Source: Glycera tridactyla (lineage: Eukaryota). Taken from it: a DNA stretch of 64,000 nucleotides. The translations under genes and the position numbers were made by a program. Positions within the stretch are counted from its first letter, which is position 1, and every line of letters starts with the position of its first letter. The notes beneath the pieces are model-generated. The model did no database searches and was not told the origin of the DNA. It worked only from the letters and a program-made list of their open reading frames with translations. The stretch is from assembly GCA_965644265.1 (NCBI GenBank), contig OZ286461.1, positions 76,012,001 to 76,076,000 on the forward strand. Reading direction: 5' to 3'. This document shows positions 47,684 through 59,845 of this stretch, piece after piece.

Positions 47684-50390
47684 TCACCAATCACTGAATC
47701 GGTAACGGATGAGATTTTCCCTGGTGAGAACCCCATCTCGATCTTCTCATGGCAATACCACGTTGAGTGGTTGATCATCCACATTGTCGTCTTCATCATC
47801 GGCCTCAAGTTGAAGTGCCTCCGGGTCAGCGATCTTGGCGAGGCGGCACAGGCATTACTTATATTTACTGTCAGCATGCCCCCCACTTCTGTCTAAGCAT
47901 CCGGAAGAACATAGATGAGGAAATACATATCAGAGGGTGAATTTATTCATGTGACGCTCTTATACAGAAAGAATCTACGAGACAAAGATACACAAAAAGT
48001 AAATTAGATATAGTTGAACCTATCCCTAAAGAGCGACTTTTGTTGCATAAGGAAATGACTTTTATTGGCAGATTACCTTTACATTAATATGAATTTTACA
48101 GCATCAACTAATTATGTTCAGTTCCCCAAAATTTGGTAAAAGGATATTTACCTGAACCTTGACTTTAAAACGCCAAAGCTCCTCTCCACACAGGAACATG
48201 TGGTTTTATGCACCCGGTTGTACCAGTTTTCAGCAACAGTCCTTGGCTGCAGCAAAGGTGTCAGCAGCCATGGGCGGCATGGATAGCCACTGTCTCCTAG
48301 AATGTATAATTCAGATATTAATGTTACCCGGACATTGGCATGGCTACCTGCAAATGCATCAAAATTTCAACCTGGGCTCAACACAGGCTCGCATAAAACC
48401 AATGACAGCAATTTGGCTCATGAGATCATGAAATGATCATTTAACCTAATCAGTAAATATGAAGTTGCAGTGATAGTTGCATTCAATCATAGTGATAGGT
48501 AGATGGTTTTAACACAGACATAATATACATGTCAGTCAATGGAAGGGATATTGTGTTCTTTATAAGCTATTTTGTTTCCACACTAATGTATGTCCTGCTT
48601 TGATGTGCACTTCTGATAAATATTTTGATTGTGAAGATGTCTGAGATATAATAACTACCTAGCAACCACCGTCCTTCGAATCAGTTGCCCCTTTCGCTCA
48701 TCTCCTGCCTGATAAAACTGTTCTCCCAAATGAAAGAGTCATGGCGGGAACCCGGCCATCGCACCTCCACGTCCCTGAATACCAGGTTATTGTCACAAAC
48801 AGCCTGAAAGGAAGCAATAAAATCACATGGTAATACAATATCTGTTGAAAAAACTTAGAAGAATAAATCAACACTATAGCAAAAAGGGTGATAAAGTTTC
48901 CCCTCTCTCATGTAAGGAGTAGCTTTCGAGTACTAGAATTATGGCACAGGTGAAAAAATCCCACTCAGGTAGAACTTTCCTCATATACTTAACAGACATT
49001 GCTAAGAAGCTACACATATTATGTGCAATTTAACCACCATGTATGAACAGATCTAAATGGTTTGTTGAAACAATTTTTTTAGGGGGTTGTGAGGGAAACA
49101 AACTGAGGTTTCATAAAATAAAACCTGACTTTGGAGACCGCCCCAAACGCGAACAAAAAGTGGTCTCTCACGACAGGTGATCTCATTCAAGGTATATTTG
49201 ACTATGGGTCTCCCAAGACAGGTTTCATTGTATTAGTTAATTGCAATTTGTTCTTAGGAAAGCTAAATAGTTAATATACTTGCATGGTGTTGCTAAATTA
49301 TTTCATATACTAACCTGTACATTTATGGAATGGCCGTTTTTTCTGTTGTTGTAAGTCCACTCCTCCTCGGCAGGAGCTTTTACTGGTATGTGTGTCCCGT
49401 CAACACAGCCAATGGTGCACGGCATGCATGTGGTGGCTCGGAATTCTTCAGCAATCTCATTGATTGCTTGTCTGAAACAATGATATACCTGGTTCATTGA
49501 CTAAAAATACTTTTAATTTAATCAATTAATCATTAATGTCCTTGTAGTTCAGTATCTAACATTTATTCAAACTTGTCACTCATACATGCAGAAACACTTG
49601 TGTGTTTGATGGATCAAATAAGGGCATTGGTATATATATTAACCTTACTTCTGGTTGGATAAATTCATTTCTTTTGCGAGAAGCAGTGGGAGAATGAAAG
49701 GTCACTTTAGTATTAACACTCACCTGTTGTTTGGATATTGGATCCAAGTTGGTGCCACAGACACCAAATAGTTTAACTTTTCCAACACTGTGGTGAACTG
49801 ATGATTTACTGACGCCGTGTAAGTCGCCCATATCAGTGAAACTCCCACTTTGGGCAAAGTACCGCAGTGCGGTCAGAACCTGAGGACAGACAGAATTGTA
49901 GAATATTAAGTAGTGTCGAAATGGCCTTTCAGAAATGTACATGAGGAGCTAGCTCATATTTGACTCGTTGTGGTCCTGAAAACCTCCACTATGAAGGCCA
50001 CTTTTTGATGCGACCGTTGGCGGTCTTTAGAGACAGGTTCAACTGTATAGTGAAGCCTGTGATGAGAGACCCCCCTAAATGTCAGCTAGAAACACTGTCT
50101 CATGTGATGCGGTCTCATCGGTGGTAAATTTGACTATGTCAGATAGATAAGCTACCCTGAAAAACGGTCTCCCATCGGAGGTTGTTTCGCGTCAGGGGGT
50201 CTCTTGTCGCAGGTTTCATCCCGCTGAAACACATCTGCATGTGGATTGAAGCAATCATTCCTGGTTGCCAATAGCGATGGTGAGAGCAGTGATGAATGTT
50301 TGAAGTGAATTTTTTCTTCGAATTATTTATTTGTTTCTGATGAGATGCAGGTAATCTAGAAAGCTCAGCATCATCGCTTGAAGGACATAT
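47684..50390 (-). pseudogene. Decayed spliced PIF/Harbinger (HARBI1-like) DDE transposase; exon remnants at about 50230-50390, 49724-49879, 49315-49471, 48659-48803, 48152-48296, 47684-47900
   Basis: VLTALRYFAQSGSF..GDLHGVSKSSV (HTH), IGCVDGTHIPV..YNNRKNGHSINVQ, AVCD..WPGSRHDS, GDSGYPCRPWLLTP..VERSFGVLKSRF, CLDRSGG..RENLIRYRF. Lesions: frameshift in exon 49724-49879, TGA at 48681-48683 and 47747-47749, last acceptor AG changed to GG. Confidence 0.88.
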
Positions 50391-51829
50391 CAATGCAGTT
50401 CTTGTACAATCTATGAAAACAATTTAAACTGAGTTAATAACCATAGCAATAATATTTTTTTGTCTTGACAAATTCTGGATTTTATGAAAGTTCAGGAAAT
50501 TTGATAGCTTCCCACCTAATTCACTGAGTTCTCGACCGGGAATTTTATATATGGATACACTATAGTAGAGCTACCTCAGCTTCCATGGATGTTGAGTGCT
50601 TCAGCTCTCAATGCCAAAAACTGATCTGAGTTTTTCCTCTCACAATTATGTATAAACTGCACTTCCTGTTGCCTTCAAACATGTATATATTGAGGCAATC
50701 AAGCTTTATTACAATGCATGTTTGCTTTCTTTGTGGGGCCTTTGTATTTGACATTTTAGTGCTTTATTGCTGTGGGGGCCTTCCTTGGTGGCTCAGTTTT
50801 ACCATGCCGGGCCGGCATGCAATGGGTCTGGGGTTCAATCCCCAGTCCTACCATGCAGAAATGATCCACCCTTCATCTTCGCTCCTCCTTGGCAGGTGGT
50901 CTGATTCAGCAGAAAGTGGACCTAAAACCTTAACATTTCATTTCATTTCTTTCTTCATTGCTGTGGGGGTTTTTTACATTTGAGATTTTTCAGCAATTAT
51001 GCTATTGCACACCAGTTTTTGATGCTATTCAGAACATTGTACATTATTTGTATCACTGATGATGGTTCTGTATGCAAAGATTTCTAGAGCAGCCCATTGA
51101 GAATTATTAGTGTACACATACGTGTTTGAAGTTGGAAGAAGTCAAAGGATTGATCTGCCATTTAGAAAACAGGGAAGAGGTCTGGGGATTTCTGAGCTTA
51201 TGATGTGAAAACTCAAGAGACATATAGATTTGTCAAGAATGCATTCAAGAACAGTATTGTAGATACAACATGCAGGTGTGCCTACTATTAGTCATGATAA
51301 CTCTTTTTGAACCGGTATAATTGGCCGAGAAATTAATTTCATCTTGATGGCGTTTGGTCTGCCTGGTCAAATGATTGAATTTCTCGAACTGTCTTCATAT
51401 TACCTGTCTATATTTATGTAACTATTCATATTCTGTTACTATTTACATCCTGCAATATGCTTTTATCTATACACATTATGAACTGACAGCTGCTGCTTTT
51501 TCAATCATAAGTGTTGCTATCAAGGGTGGTGCTGCCACCAAAATTGAACTAGTCAGGATAATCAGGATAGTATCCATTCCTATTAGTTGGATCAGTGTTA
51601 GTTCAATGCATTTCAATTGCAGAAAGTTTCATGTGTAGATGACTGACATTTGACCTGTATTTATGTAACTATTTATATCTTGTTACTATTTAAATCATGC
51701 AACATGCTAATTTATTCATACACATTCGGAAGTTGCATTTGCTTTCATTTTGTCGGTATGCTCAATAAAGATTTTAAAATCAAATTGATGTCAGTTTATT
51801 GTTTATCACATATTGAATGGTGTAGTAGC

Positions 51830-52640
51830 CACCACCACCAACACCACCACCGCCGCCAGAACCACCACCACCACTAGAAGGAGTCTTGGAAGATCCATGA
51901 ATTCGCAATGCATGGGCGTCACAATGTATCCCAGATGGTGCTGAAGTGACGTTAAACCAGAACCAAACAACCAACCAACCACCACCAGAACCAAATAACC
52001 AACCAACCACATACACAATCACCACCACCACCACCACCAGAAGGAGGAGTCTAGGAAGATCCCAGTGATCCGGGATCAGTATACTATGAGACTTCATCAT
52101 TTCACACTGAATTGTGGTCTCCTAAGACCTCAAATCTCTCCCATCCTTCACTATTTGGCATGAAATGCTCTCATGGCACCTGATAAAAGGTAGAAAAATC
52201 ATTCTGGGACATGCTGTGGAGTGGATATGAAAAGTGAGAAAAAGCTGGCTGAAGCTGTTTCCCATCACAAAATCTGATGGCTAGTGAGACTGATCAAAAC
52301 CTGGACAACCAACCAACCAGCCACCCACCACCACCAGAAGTGGGAGTCTAGTGAGATCCCTACCATGCCCAGTACATGGGCATCACGATATAGCCCAGAT
52401 TGTGCTGGAATGATGTTAAACCACCACAACAACCACCACCACCACCAGGAGAAGTTTAGGAAGATCCCACCCATGCCCGTTACATGGGCTTCACAATATA
52501 GCCCAGATGGTGATGGAGTGACGTTAAACCAGAACCAACCAACTAGCCATCCACTCACACACCCACCACCACCAGAAGGAGTCTAGGAATATCCGCCCAT
52601 GACATGAGCGTCACAATATAGCCCAGATGGTGAGTGACAT
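51830..52640 (+). repeat. Head-to-tail cluster of ~90-bp units separated by (ACC)n/(AACC)n tracts
   Basis: Unit AGAAGGAGTCTAGGAAGATCC..CATG..TCACAATATAGCCCAGATGGTG..GTGACGTTAAACCA at about 51872, 52039, 52335, 52447 and 52571; inverted copy at about 52900-52990; dispersed copies near 26870-26935 and 61932-62000. Confidence 0.8.
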
Positions 52641-53529
52641 GGCCAGTTCAATTTTGAACACCTTCCCTAGGCTGATATTTGTTTATCCAATGTGAACCTT
52701 TGGAGTTAAAAGCTATTGGAGGGAGGGGGGGGGGAGACTATTAAATTACAGTTTTACTAATACATGTTTCTGAGAATATGTTTCATCGTACACGTGCCCA
52801 AAGAGTAAATACACTTTGCACCTGTCTGAAAAGACCACATTTAGTTGCAAAACATGATCTTTGTAGTTATCAGTCATATTGTCTATGTGGTCAGGTTTCG
52901 GTTGATTTGAGATTAACATCAAGCCAGCACCATCTGGGCTATATTGTGGCACCAATGCAATGGGCATGGGTGGAATCCTCCTTCTGGGTCCCAAACGGAA
53001 GATGAAAATACATGAAATTCACAGACACTCAAGGTGCCATTTCTGTGAGTATTTGGCCAGGTGACTTTTGTATAGAGGTGAACTCTTGCACAGTTTGATT
53101 GTACTATTGCACTTATCAGTCATGTGGTCTATGTGGCCAGGTGACTTTTGTATAGAGTTGGACTGGGAAAGAGTGCTAGTCAGTCACTACAGTCAAAACT
53201 CTCTATAAAGACCGCCTTCAGTTGCACTGAAGAGTGGTCTTTATAGGGAGGTGGTCTTTATAGAGGTCATTTACTGTTGAAAATACTACCATGGTCGCAG
53301 CTCAGGGCAGTCTTTATAGGAGTTGGTCTTTATACAGAGGTGGTCTTAAGAGGAGGTTTGACTGTTTTTAAATCCTGCAATATGCCTTTATTTATACACA
53401 TTATTAAGTTGCACCACCACCACCGCCACCGCCACCACCACCACCACCACACCACCACCACATGGACACACCACCACCACATGGACACACCACCACTATC
53501 ACCACATGGAAACACCACCACCACATGAC

Positions 53530-54129
53530 TGGTTGCAGGCTAGCTAGCCAGTCTAGAAACAGAGCCGATCACAGCTGCCACCTAGTGGCTCATGTTATGA
53601 ATTGTAACACAAACATTCTGGAAGAAACCATCCCTGGGGTCCTATCAACGCTGATCAAGGTCTGGCCAAGCAGTCAACTGCTATCAGCTGGATGTTACAC
53701 TTCCAATAAGTTCAGAAAAAGCAAAGGTTGGTGCTTACTTGTGTCTCAGGACACAGGGCATGAGATCGGGCTGTCCATAGCCATTTACCACCTCCCTGAG
53801 AAGGGCTCTAGTCAGCCTATACTTGGAAACCAATTCCTCATTGGAAAAGTCGCCCTCCTTCGGAATATTCTGGGCCTTCTTTGCCGATCAACAGGATTCT
53901 GTAGCAGATGATCCGCCATTTTATTTGTTTCTAAGGAGCACTTTAGCAGTCTCAGGAGCACTTTAGCAGTCCTCTGACCGCTCCTAACCTTAGGAGGGAA
54001 GTTTGGAGGTAATCTTGGGAGGTTTGCATTAGTAAAACACTTTGCTTCACTCCTTGTGAATTCCTCCTTAATCTGGGAGTTGAGAGGAGTTAGGAGGACT
54101 TAGGAGCCTCCTAACTCTTAGTAAAACAG
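53530..54129 (-). mobile_element. Second Harbinger remnant: terminal/subterminal TAGGAG-rich region plus degenerate transposase 5' exon (53739-53919)
   Basis: MADHLLQNPVDRQRRPRIFRR/(frameshift)DFSNEELVSKYRLTRALLREVV resembles a HARBI1-type N-terminus; donor AA|gtaagc; upstream end ctgttttactaagagttaggag with repeated taggag. Confidence 0.55.
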
Positions 54130-55860
54130 AATGATGTGTTCCAGCAGCTTACATGTCACAGATGTAAGTGACACCGGTCTGTAGTTTGCTGCTTTCGCTG
54201 GGTCTCCTTTCTTGAATTCTTGAATAAGGGTGTAATGTAACCCAGTCTCCATTCGTCTGGAACTGTACCTTGGTTTAGCGACGCCTGGAAGAGTAGGCGA
54301 TATGCAGGTGCTAATTCCGATCCAATTTCCTTCAGAAGCATGCATGGTATGAGGTCCGGGCCTGCTGCTTTATGAGGATTTATATCGTTCATCAGCTTCG
54401 TAACACCAGAGAGGGACAATGTGATGGATAGTAGGTCCTGATATGGACTCGGCCCCAATACTGTGTGTTGGGACGTATCCTCCTCGGTAAATACAGACGA
54501 AAACTGCTCATTCACTATGCCCGCCTTCACCTCGCTGTCGCTTTGGAGGACACCCTCCTTCTTGAGTGACTGAGTGCACTGAAGCTGTTGTTTATGCCAA
54601 CAAATGATTCAAAGCCCACAATAACAACAGATCCTTGAGATGCTTGTGTTTGCTGATGCATCAAAGACTTGTGTGTTTAAGCATTCCACTCCACCAATGT
54701 CTGGGGAAAGAATGAATATTTGAGAATGTTTGTGCGTGTGGTTGATGTTTCGAACAATTGGCTATGGCTGTCCCTCGTTCGTTGCTGTGCGATGGTGAGG
54801 AAATCATGAGGAACGTCAACCAGATCATTTGGTATCTTATAAAAGATACTCAGCCTCAGATGCCTCATCCTCTCCTCAAGTAGGTCAAGGTTCAGCTGTT
54901 CCAACAGTGATGTGACTGTGCCTGGTGATCTTTCATAGTTCCCTATGATGTACCTAGCCACGCTTCTCTGTATGTTCTCTAGCTTTTTAGTATTCTTTTT
55001 AGTATAAGGGTCCCAGGCTGCCGCCCCATACTCTAACCCAGATCTGACAAGTGCAGTGTATGCCGTTTTCTTAAAACCAATACTATCCACCCGGAGATTC
55101 CTCCTTATCATTCCAAAGGGTCCTGCTCGCCTTCCCCGCAATGTACTCAGTATGGGCATTCCATCCAAGGTCATCCTGTAACTGGATCCCTAGATATGCA
55201 CTAGTGGATACCTGCTTTAGATGTGTACCATTCAGAGTATACTGCCATTTTACTGGTGATTTAGATCTTGTCACACTCATGACGTAGCACTTTTTAGCAT
55301 CAAAGCGTAATTGCCATTTATCCTGCCACCTTGCTAATGCATCAAGATCATTCTGCAGTTTCTGGTCGTGGACGTGACCAACTCCGGGAGAACATTAATG
55401 TACAGCAGGAACAGCAAGGGCCCAGTGCCGACCCCTGCAGAAGTCCCGATACCATGTCTCCTGCACTTGATTTGCAGACTTCGAGGGTTACTGCCTGAGT
55501 ACGCCCCCGGAGGAAGTCCTCAATCCATGACCAGATTTTCCCACCGACTGCATAATATTCAAGCTTTAGCAACAGCCTCCTTTGTGCCACTGAGTCGAAT
55601 GCTTTGGTGAAATCAAGGATCACCAGGTCCACCTGTTGCCTTTTATCTATGGCAGTTGCCAGGTCCTTCAGCGTTATGATTAGTTGTGTTTCGCACGATC
55701 TTCCACTTCGGAATCCATGCTGTGTCCATCTCAGCACCTAGTTCGTCCATATCCGCCTTCCTGTATTGGAGGACCTCTCTCTTATCCGTTTTCAGGCACT
55801 GTGGCTTCAACATGATGTCGACTGCCACTGCATCCAGGAATGTTCTTGGTGTTCTGTATC
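54130..55860 (-). mobile_element. Degraded, internally deleted and permuted CR1-type LINE
   Basis: QHGFRSGRSCETQL..LDFTKAFDSV (55348-55737), SAYLGIQLQDDL, AYTALVRSGLEYGAAAWDPY..ENIQR (54677-55174). The pre-RT block EQFSSVFT..KAAGPDLIP..NYRPVSLTSVTCKLLEHI (54130-54560) lies 3' of the element end. Confidence 0.88.
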
Positions 55861-56405
55861 AGAGTTGGATCAGTAGTAAAGAATATGTCCAATATATTCT
55901 GAAATCATTCAAATACGCAAAATATCACCTCTATGTGCTGTTTTAATTAGGTTTTTACCACTGTTTACCCGCTACTTTGATGCGCCCCGATTAAAGTGGC
56001 TATTTTTGGCATTACTTTAGAATCCGTCCACCGTCAGATTTGAGATGACAAATTGTGAATAATTGAAACTGACCTGACAGAATAATAAAACATCAATAAA
56101 TCTCTCAACTGATGAAAATTTGCATTCATGTAGAGTGATTTAGCATGTTTCATTGACATTTTTACCAGTGTTTACCGGGCGATCATCATGTTCGCCATCT
56201 TGTTTAGTTCAACAGTCGTCAGTGATGTAATCATGGTAATCTCCCATTTTTTCAAATTCTACATGGTGCGGGGGGGGGGGGGGCGGGCTCTCCCCCTACA
56301 TTTGAAATACATTACCAACAATTCAGATAATTCGTCTTTATCAGAGCGCCAAACAAAAAATACGAGCCCATGGCAGTCATAACCTATATGAGAAACCACA
56401 GTTCA

Positions 56406-56476
56406 GACCTGATGGCCGAGTGGTAGGATGTGCGCCTCCCACGCTGGCGATCCGAGTTCGAATACAGTAGGAGCAA
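56406..56476 (+). mobile_element. tRNA-Gly(CCC)-derived SINE head or tRNA pseudogene
   Basis: A box TGGCCGAGTGG, anticodon arm CGCCT-CCC-ACGC and B box GAGTTCGAATAC match the eukaryotic tRNA-Gly layout, but the acceptor stem does not pair. Confidence 0.6.
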
Positions 56477-58819
56477 CACAATTTTTCAATGAATGAGAAC
56501 CCAAATCTCGTCTCCAAAGTCATTTTTGGCGAGGCAGTCTTGAAGATCAGCTATTTGATCTCTACATTCAAAATATATACAGACAACTTGCAAAAATACT
56601 TCTGTGAAAGCGCTGCAGATGATCTCCAATATACAGCCACAAGATGTGGACAAACTGTCCATATACAACTAGCTGCCAAATATGACACTGGCGATAGTGA
56701 CCCCTTGGAATTTTTGTGCGAAAGTACCTTCCATGGCCAACACAAACTTCAAATTTGGTGGACATAAAGAAAAGCCTCTATTCTGTGCAGCGTGCTTTGG
56801 GAACAAGGCAGCATATTGAGAGTTTCTGATGAGATGGCATTCGAGGACAATGGTATCAAATAATCCAAGAAGGTGGCCTCTGTTTTCATTATTGGAACCG
56901 CCAATCTCATCGAAGATTTTCTGGGAAAAATGGCAAAGGTCGTGAATAAAGGTGAATAAAACTCGAGCTGTACTTCATTCCCATCACCTACACTCGAATT
57001 TTATGCTGAATATTCAGGAATGAACATTTTTAGTGGAGGACAGCATCACTCATTCACCATCATGAGCCAACCCAGGCCACACACGCTGACTGCTGGCTTC
57101 CACATGTTCAGAATATGGGGAGGAGTCAAGCCCAATTCTCCGATCGATGGCTGCATCTTGTCAGGCTAGTATACAACGCGAGTGGTGTTCTATGCTTATC
57201 ATCTGAAATATTGATTATGTGTCCAGTGCGATCCAAGGTGACCTAAAGGGAGAGCTGTGAAAACAAACCCATTCCTGTGATTCCATGTTCAAGAAGTGCA
57301 AAAGTCAACACTCGCCATTGACGGTGAGTGTTGATTTGTGATGCCGAATCATTATTATTTTCTTCCATTTGAAATGCGTATTCCTCCACTTTTTTGGGAT
57401 GATAGCAGTTAGGGACAACTTCAGTTCTAATTGTATTTGCTCACTGTCCCATCAATTTTAGAAAATTATCAGCGATGAGAGTTGCAGTTCTGATGATGTA
57501 AACCTTATCGGAAATTTGTGTGTGAAATAAAGCCCTGGCCAATACCCATCATCCAGGCATGACGTATTCTCTTAAACGCTACATTATTGACTTCAATTTA
57601 TGAAATAATTCACTGATTTACCTACAGCTATCACAAGATACGTCATGTGACCTCTCTTTGATAAGTTTACTGGTGCTCACATGTGTTGAGTTTTGTACTC
57701 AACGAAAACGTGCTAGCAGAGACCCTGATACAAAAAATACTCAACAATCGAGAGCAACCACCTGAAAAGGTGTAATTGTCAACAAGGTTGCAAGCTGGAC
57801 ATCATACGGCATAATCGGTTGGTCAGTTTTGTTGAGTACTTCCCAAGCATTGAGTAGATTTTCGATTTTGAGTTGATTACAAAACTCAATGTGCGTCTGC
57901 CACCATTGAACTCGTGACACATCTCAAGTGACAGTGGGCTATAAAATCAATATTACAGCTTTTTTGGAATATAAATTGGTCCTTGGTGATATGAATTGTT
58001 ACAGATTCAATTACCAAAAATACATAGGCGATCAGTAGGCAGTTTCGATGATGTGAACAAATGCCGCCATCTTGGATTTTATCATACAACAGTACTCACT
58101 TCGAGATTATGTTATTCCAGAAACGCACAGTATACTGCATTATTCATGAAGTATGACGCATATACAGTCTAACCTGCTCTAACGACCACCTCCCTATAAC
58201 GACCACTCTGGTGTGCGACCGAGGGTGGTCGTTATAGGGAGGTTCGACTGAAATAGAGGTTTGCTCCATGATGAGCACATTTGAAAGTTTGTGTAGGATC
58301 TGGAAGGTACTTTGCCAAAGTCTTTGACATAAAAAACAGTGGTTGTACTCAACGTTTTAGTCTGCGCCTTCGGGTGCCGACTCATTTAGATCGAAGTTCC
58401 AGGCGGGGGGGGGGGGGGGGGTCTGCAGATCGGCCTGCTATTGACCTTTCACTTAACTGTTTTGACATGTGCTCATGAGAAATCGATGTTGAGTGCTCCA
58501 ATAAATTTGCACCCACTGATATCTATCGTGCATTTGGAAAACTATCAATAGTACCTTTACCAGCCACTGCAAGCTGAGAGCGCTGCTTTTACGAGAGAAA
58601 GATATATAAAGAGTGGTGATTCCAGTCGATTCAGACCGATTCATCCGATGCCTATTGCATGGGCAACACACTCTTCCCAGCCAAACCCTTTATCCAACCT
58701 ACCGGCAACTTCCTCTTTAAAGGAAACGCATCGGGTGGTGGGTTCCCATTGAGGGTGTCAAGTTGCAGCTAACAATCGCTAGTATTTTGTAACGGAAACG
58801 AGGCCCCCTATTCTTTTTT

Positions 58820-59035
58820 GACACCCTTGACGCTGCCACCAAGACCACCACTGCCACTACCACCACCTCCGCACCCACCTCTGCCATGCAGCCCCCTCTC
58901 ACCACCACCACCACCGCCACCGCCGACGCCACCACCACCGATGCCACCACCATCACCACCACAGGCGCCGCCTCCTCAACCACCTCTGTCTTCCCAACCC
59001 CCTCTCACCACCACCACCACCACCACTAACACCGA
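58820..59035. repeat. (CCA)n-rich low-complexity tract
   Basis: Direct read; source of the Pro/Thr-rich ORF 58818-59225; similar tract at 53410-53525. Confidence 0.85.
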
Positions 59036-59431
59036 CGCTGCCGTGGCCATCGCCGTCGTTCTAGTCATTATCGGTGCTAATGATTCCCCTTTTACTGGTC
59101 ACATACACCAGCAGGATGTTCAGTACAGCCAACAGAGGAAACGTTCGCCAAAACCCTATCATGTATTATCTATCCTAAGTGTCTCAGAAAGGGATGGAGA
59201 CCCTGTTTCCGTTACCAAACGTTAGCGATTTTAAGCTGCAACTCAACACCCTACTGACTGCTTAGATAGGATTATCTGAATCTCGGCTGGTGCAGAGTGT
59301 TCGCAATATCCGGACATTCACAGCTGGAAATGGTGTTCATCGTGACAGTCGGAAACGTCGAGGGTTATCCTGCCATACGAGATTACGGATCAGACACAAA
59401 TAGGTCAGCAGAGAGGAATTCTATACCGGGT

Positions 59432-59560
59432 NNNNNNNNNNNNNNNNNNNNNNNNNNNNNNNNNNNNNNNNNNNNNNNNNNNNNNNNNNNNNNNNNNNNN
59501 NNNNNNNNNNNNNNNNNNNNNNNNNNNNNNNNNNNNNNNNNNNNNNNNNNNNNNNNNNNN
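59432..59560. other. Assembly gap (N run)
   Basis: 129 N. Confidence 1.
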
Positions 59561-59744
59561 CGGAATGGATGCATATGAATCTGTATGCATCTTAGTATTC
59601 GCTTGTTTGCATATGGTGGCTTTTATGGAAGAAGCACGAAAAGACACCATACATAAGAATGATAATACTCTAGACATGTATGCTTTCACCCGTGAAGCGC
59701 CTTTGAACATGCTAGGGATATTGGCATTATATAAATCACTATAT

Positions 59745-59845
59745 TAATATCATTATCATCATTGATATCATAGTTATTATTATTATTATTATCATTATTA
59801 TTATTATTTTCATTATTTCATTATCACCATGATTTTCAATATAAT
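59745..59845. repeat. (ATT/ATC)n microsatellite
   Basis: Direct read. Confidence 0.85.

Noticed and set aside
51830-52640. Repeat-spacer pattern reminiscent of a CRISPR array
   Set aside because: Units are about 90 bp and diverged, the spacers are microsatellites, there are no cas genes and the context is eukaryotic.
56406-56476. Functional tRNA-Gly gene
   Set aside because: The acceptor stem cannot form; treated as a SINE head or pseudogene.
59107-59163. - strand signal-peptide-like stretch MIGFWRTFPLLAVLNILLV followed by gtatgt
   Set aside because: No phase-compatible downstream exon with recognisable protein content was found; this could be chance.
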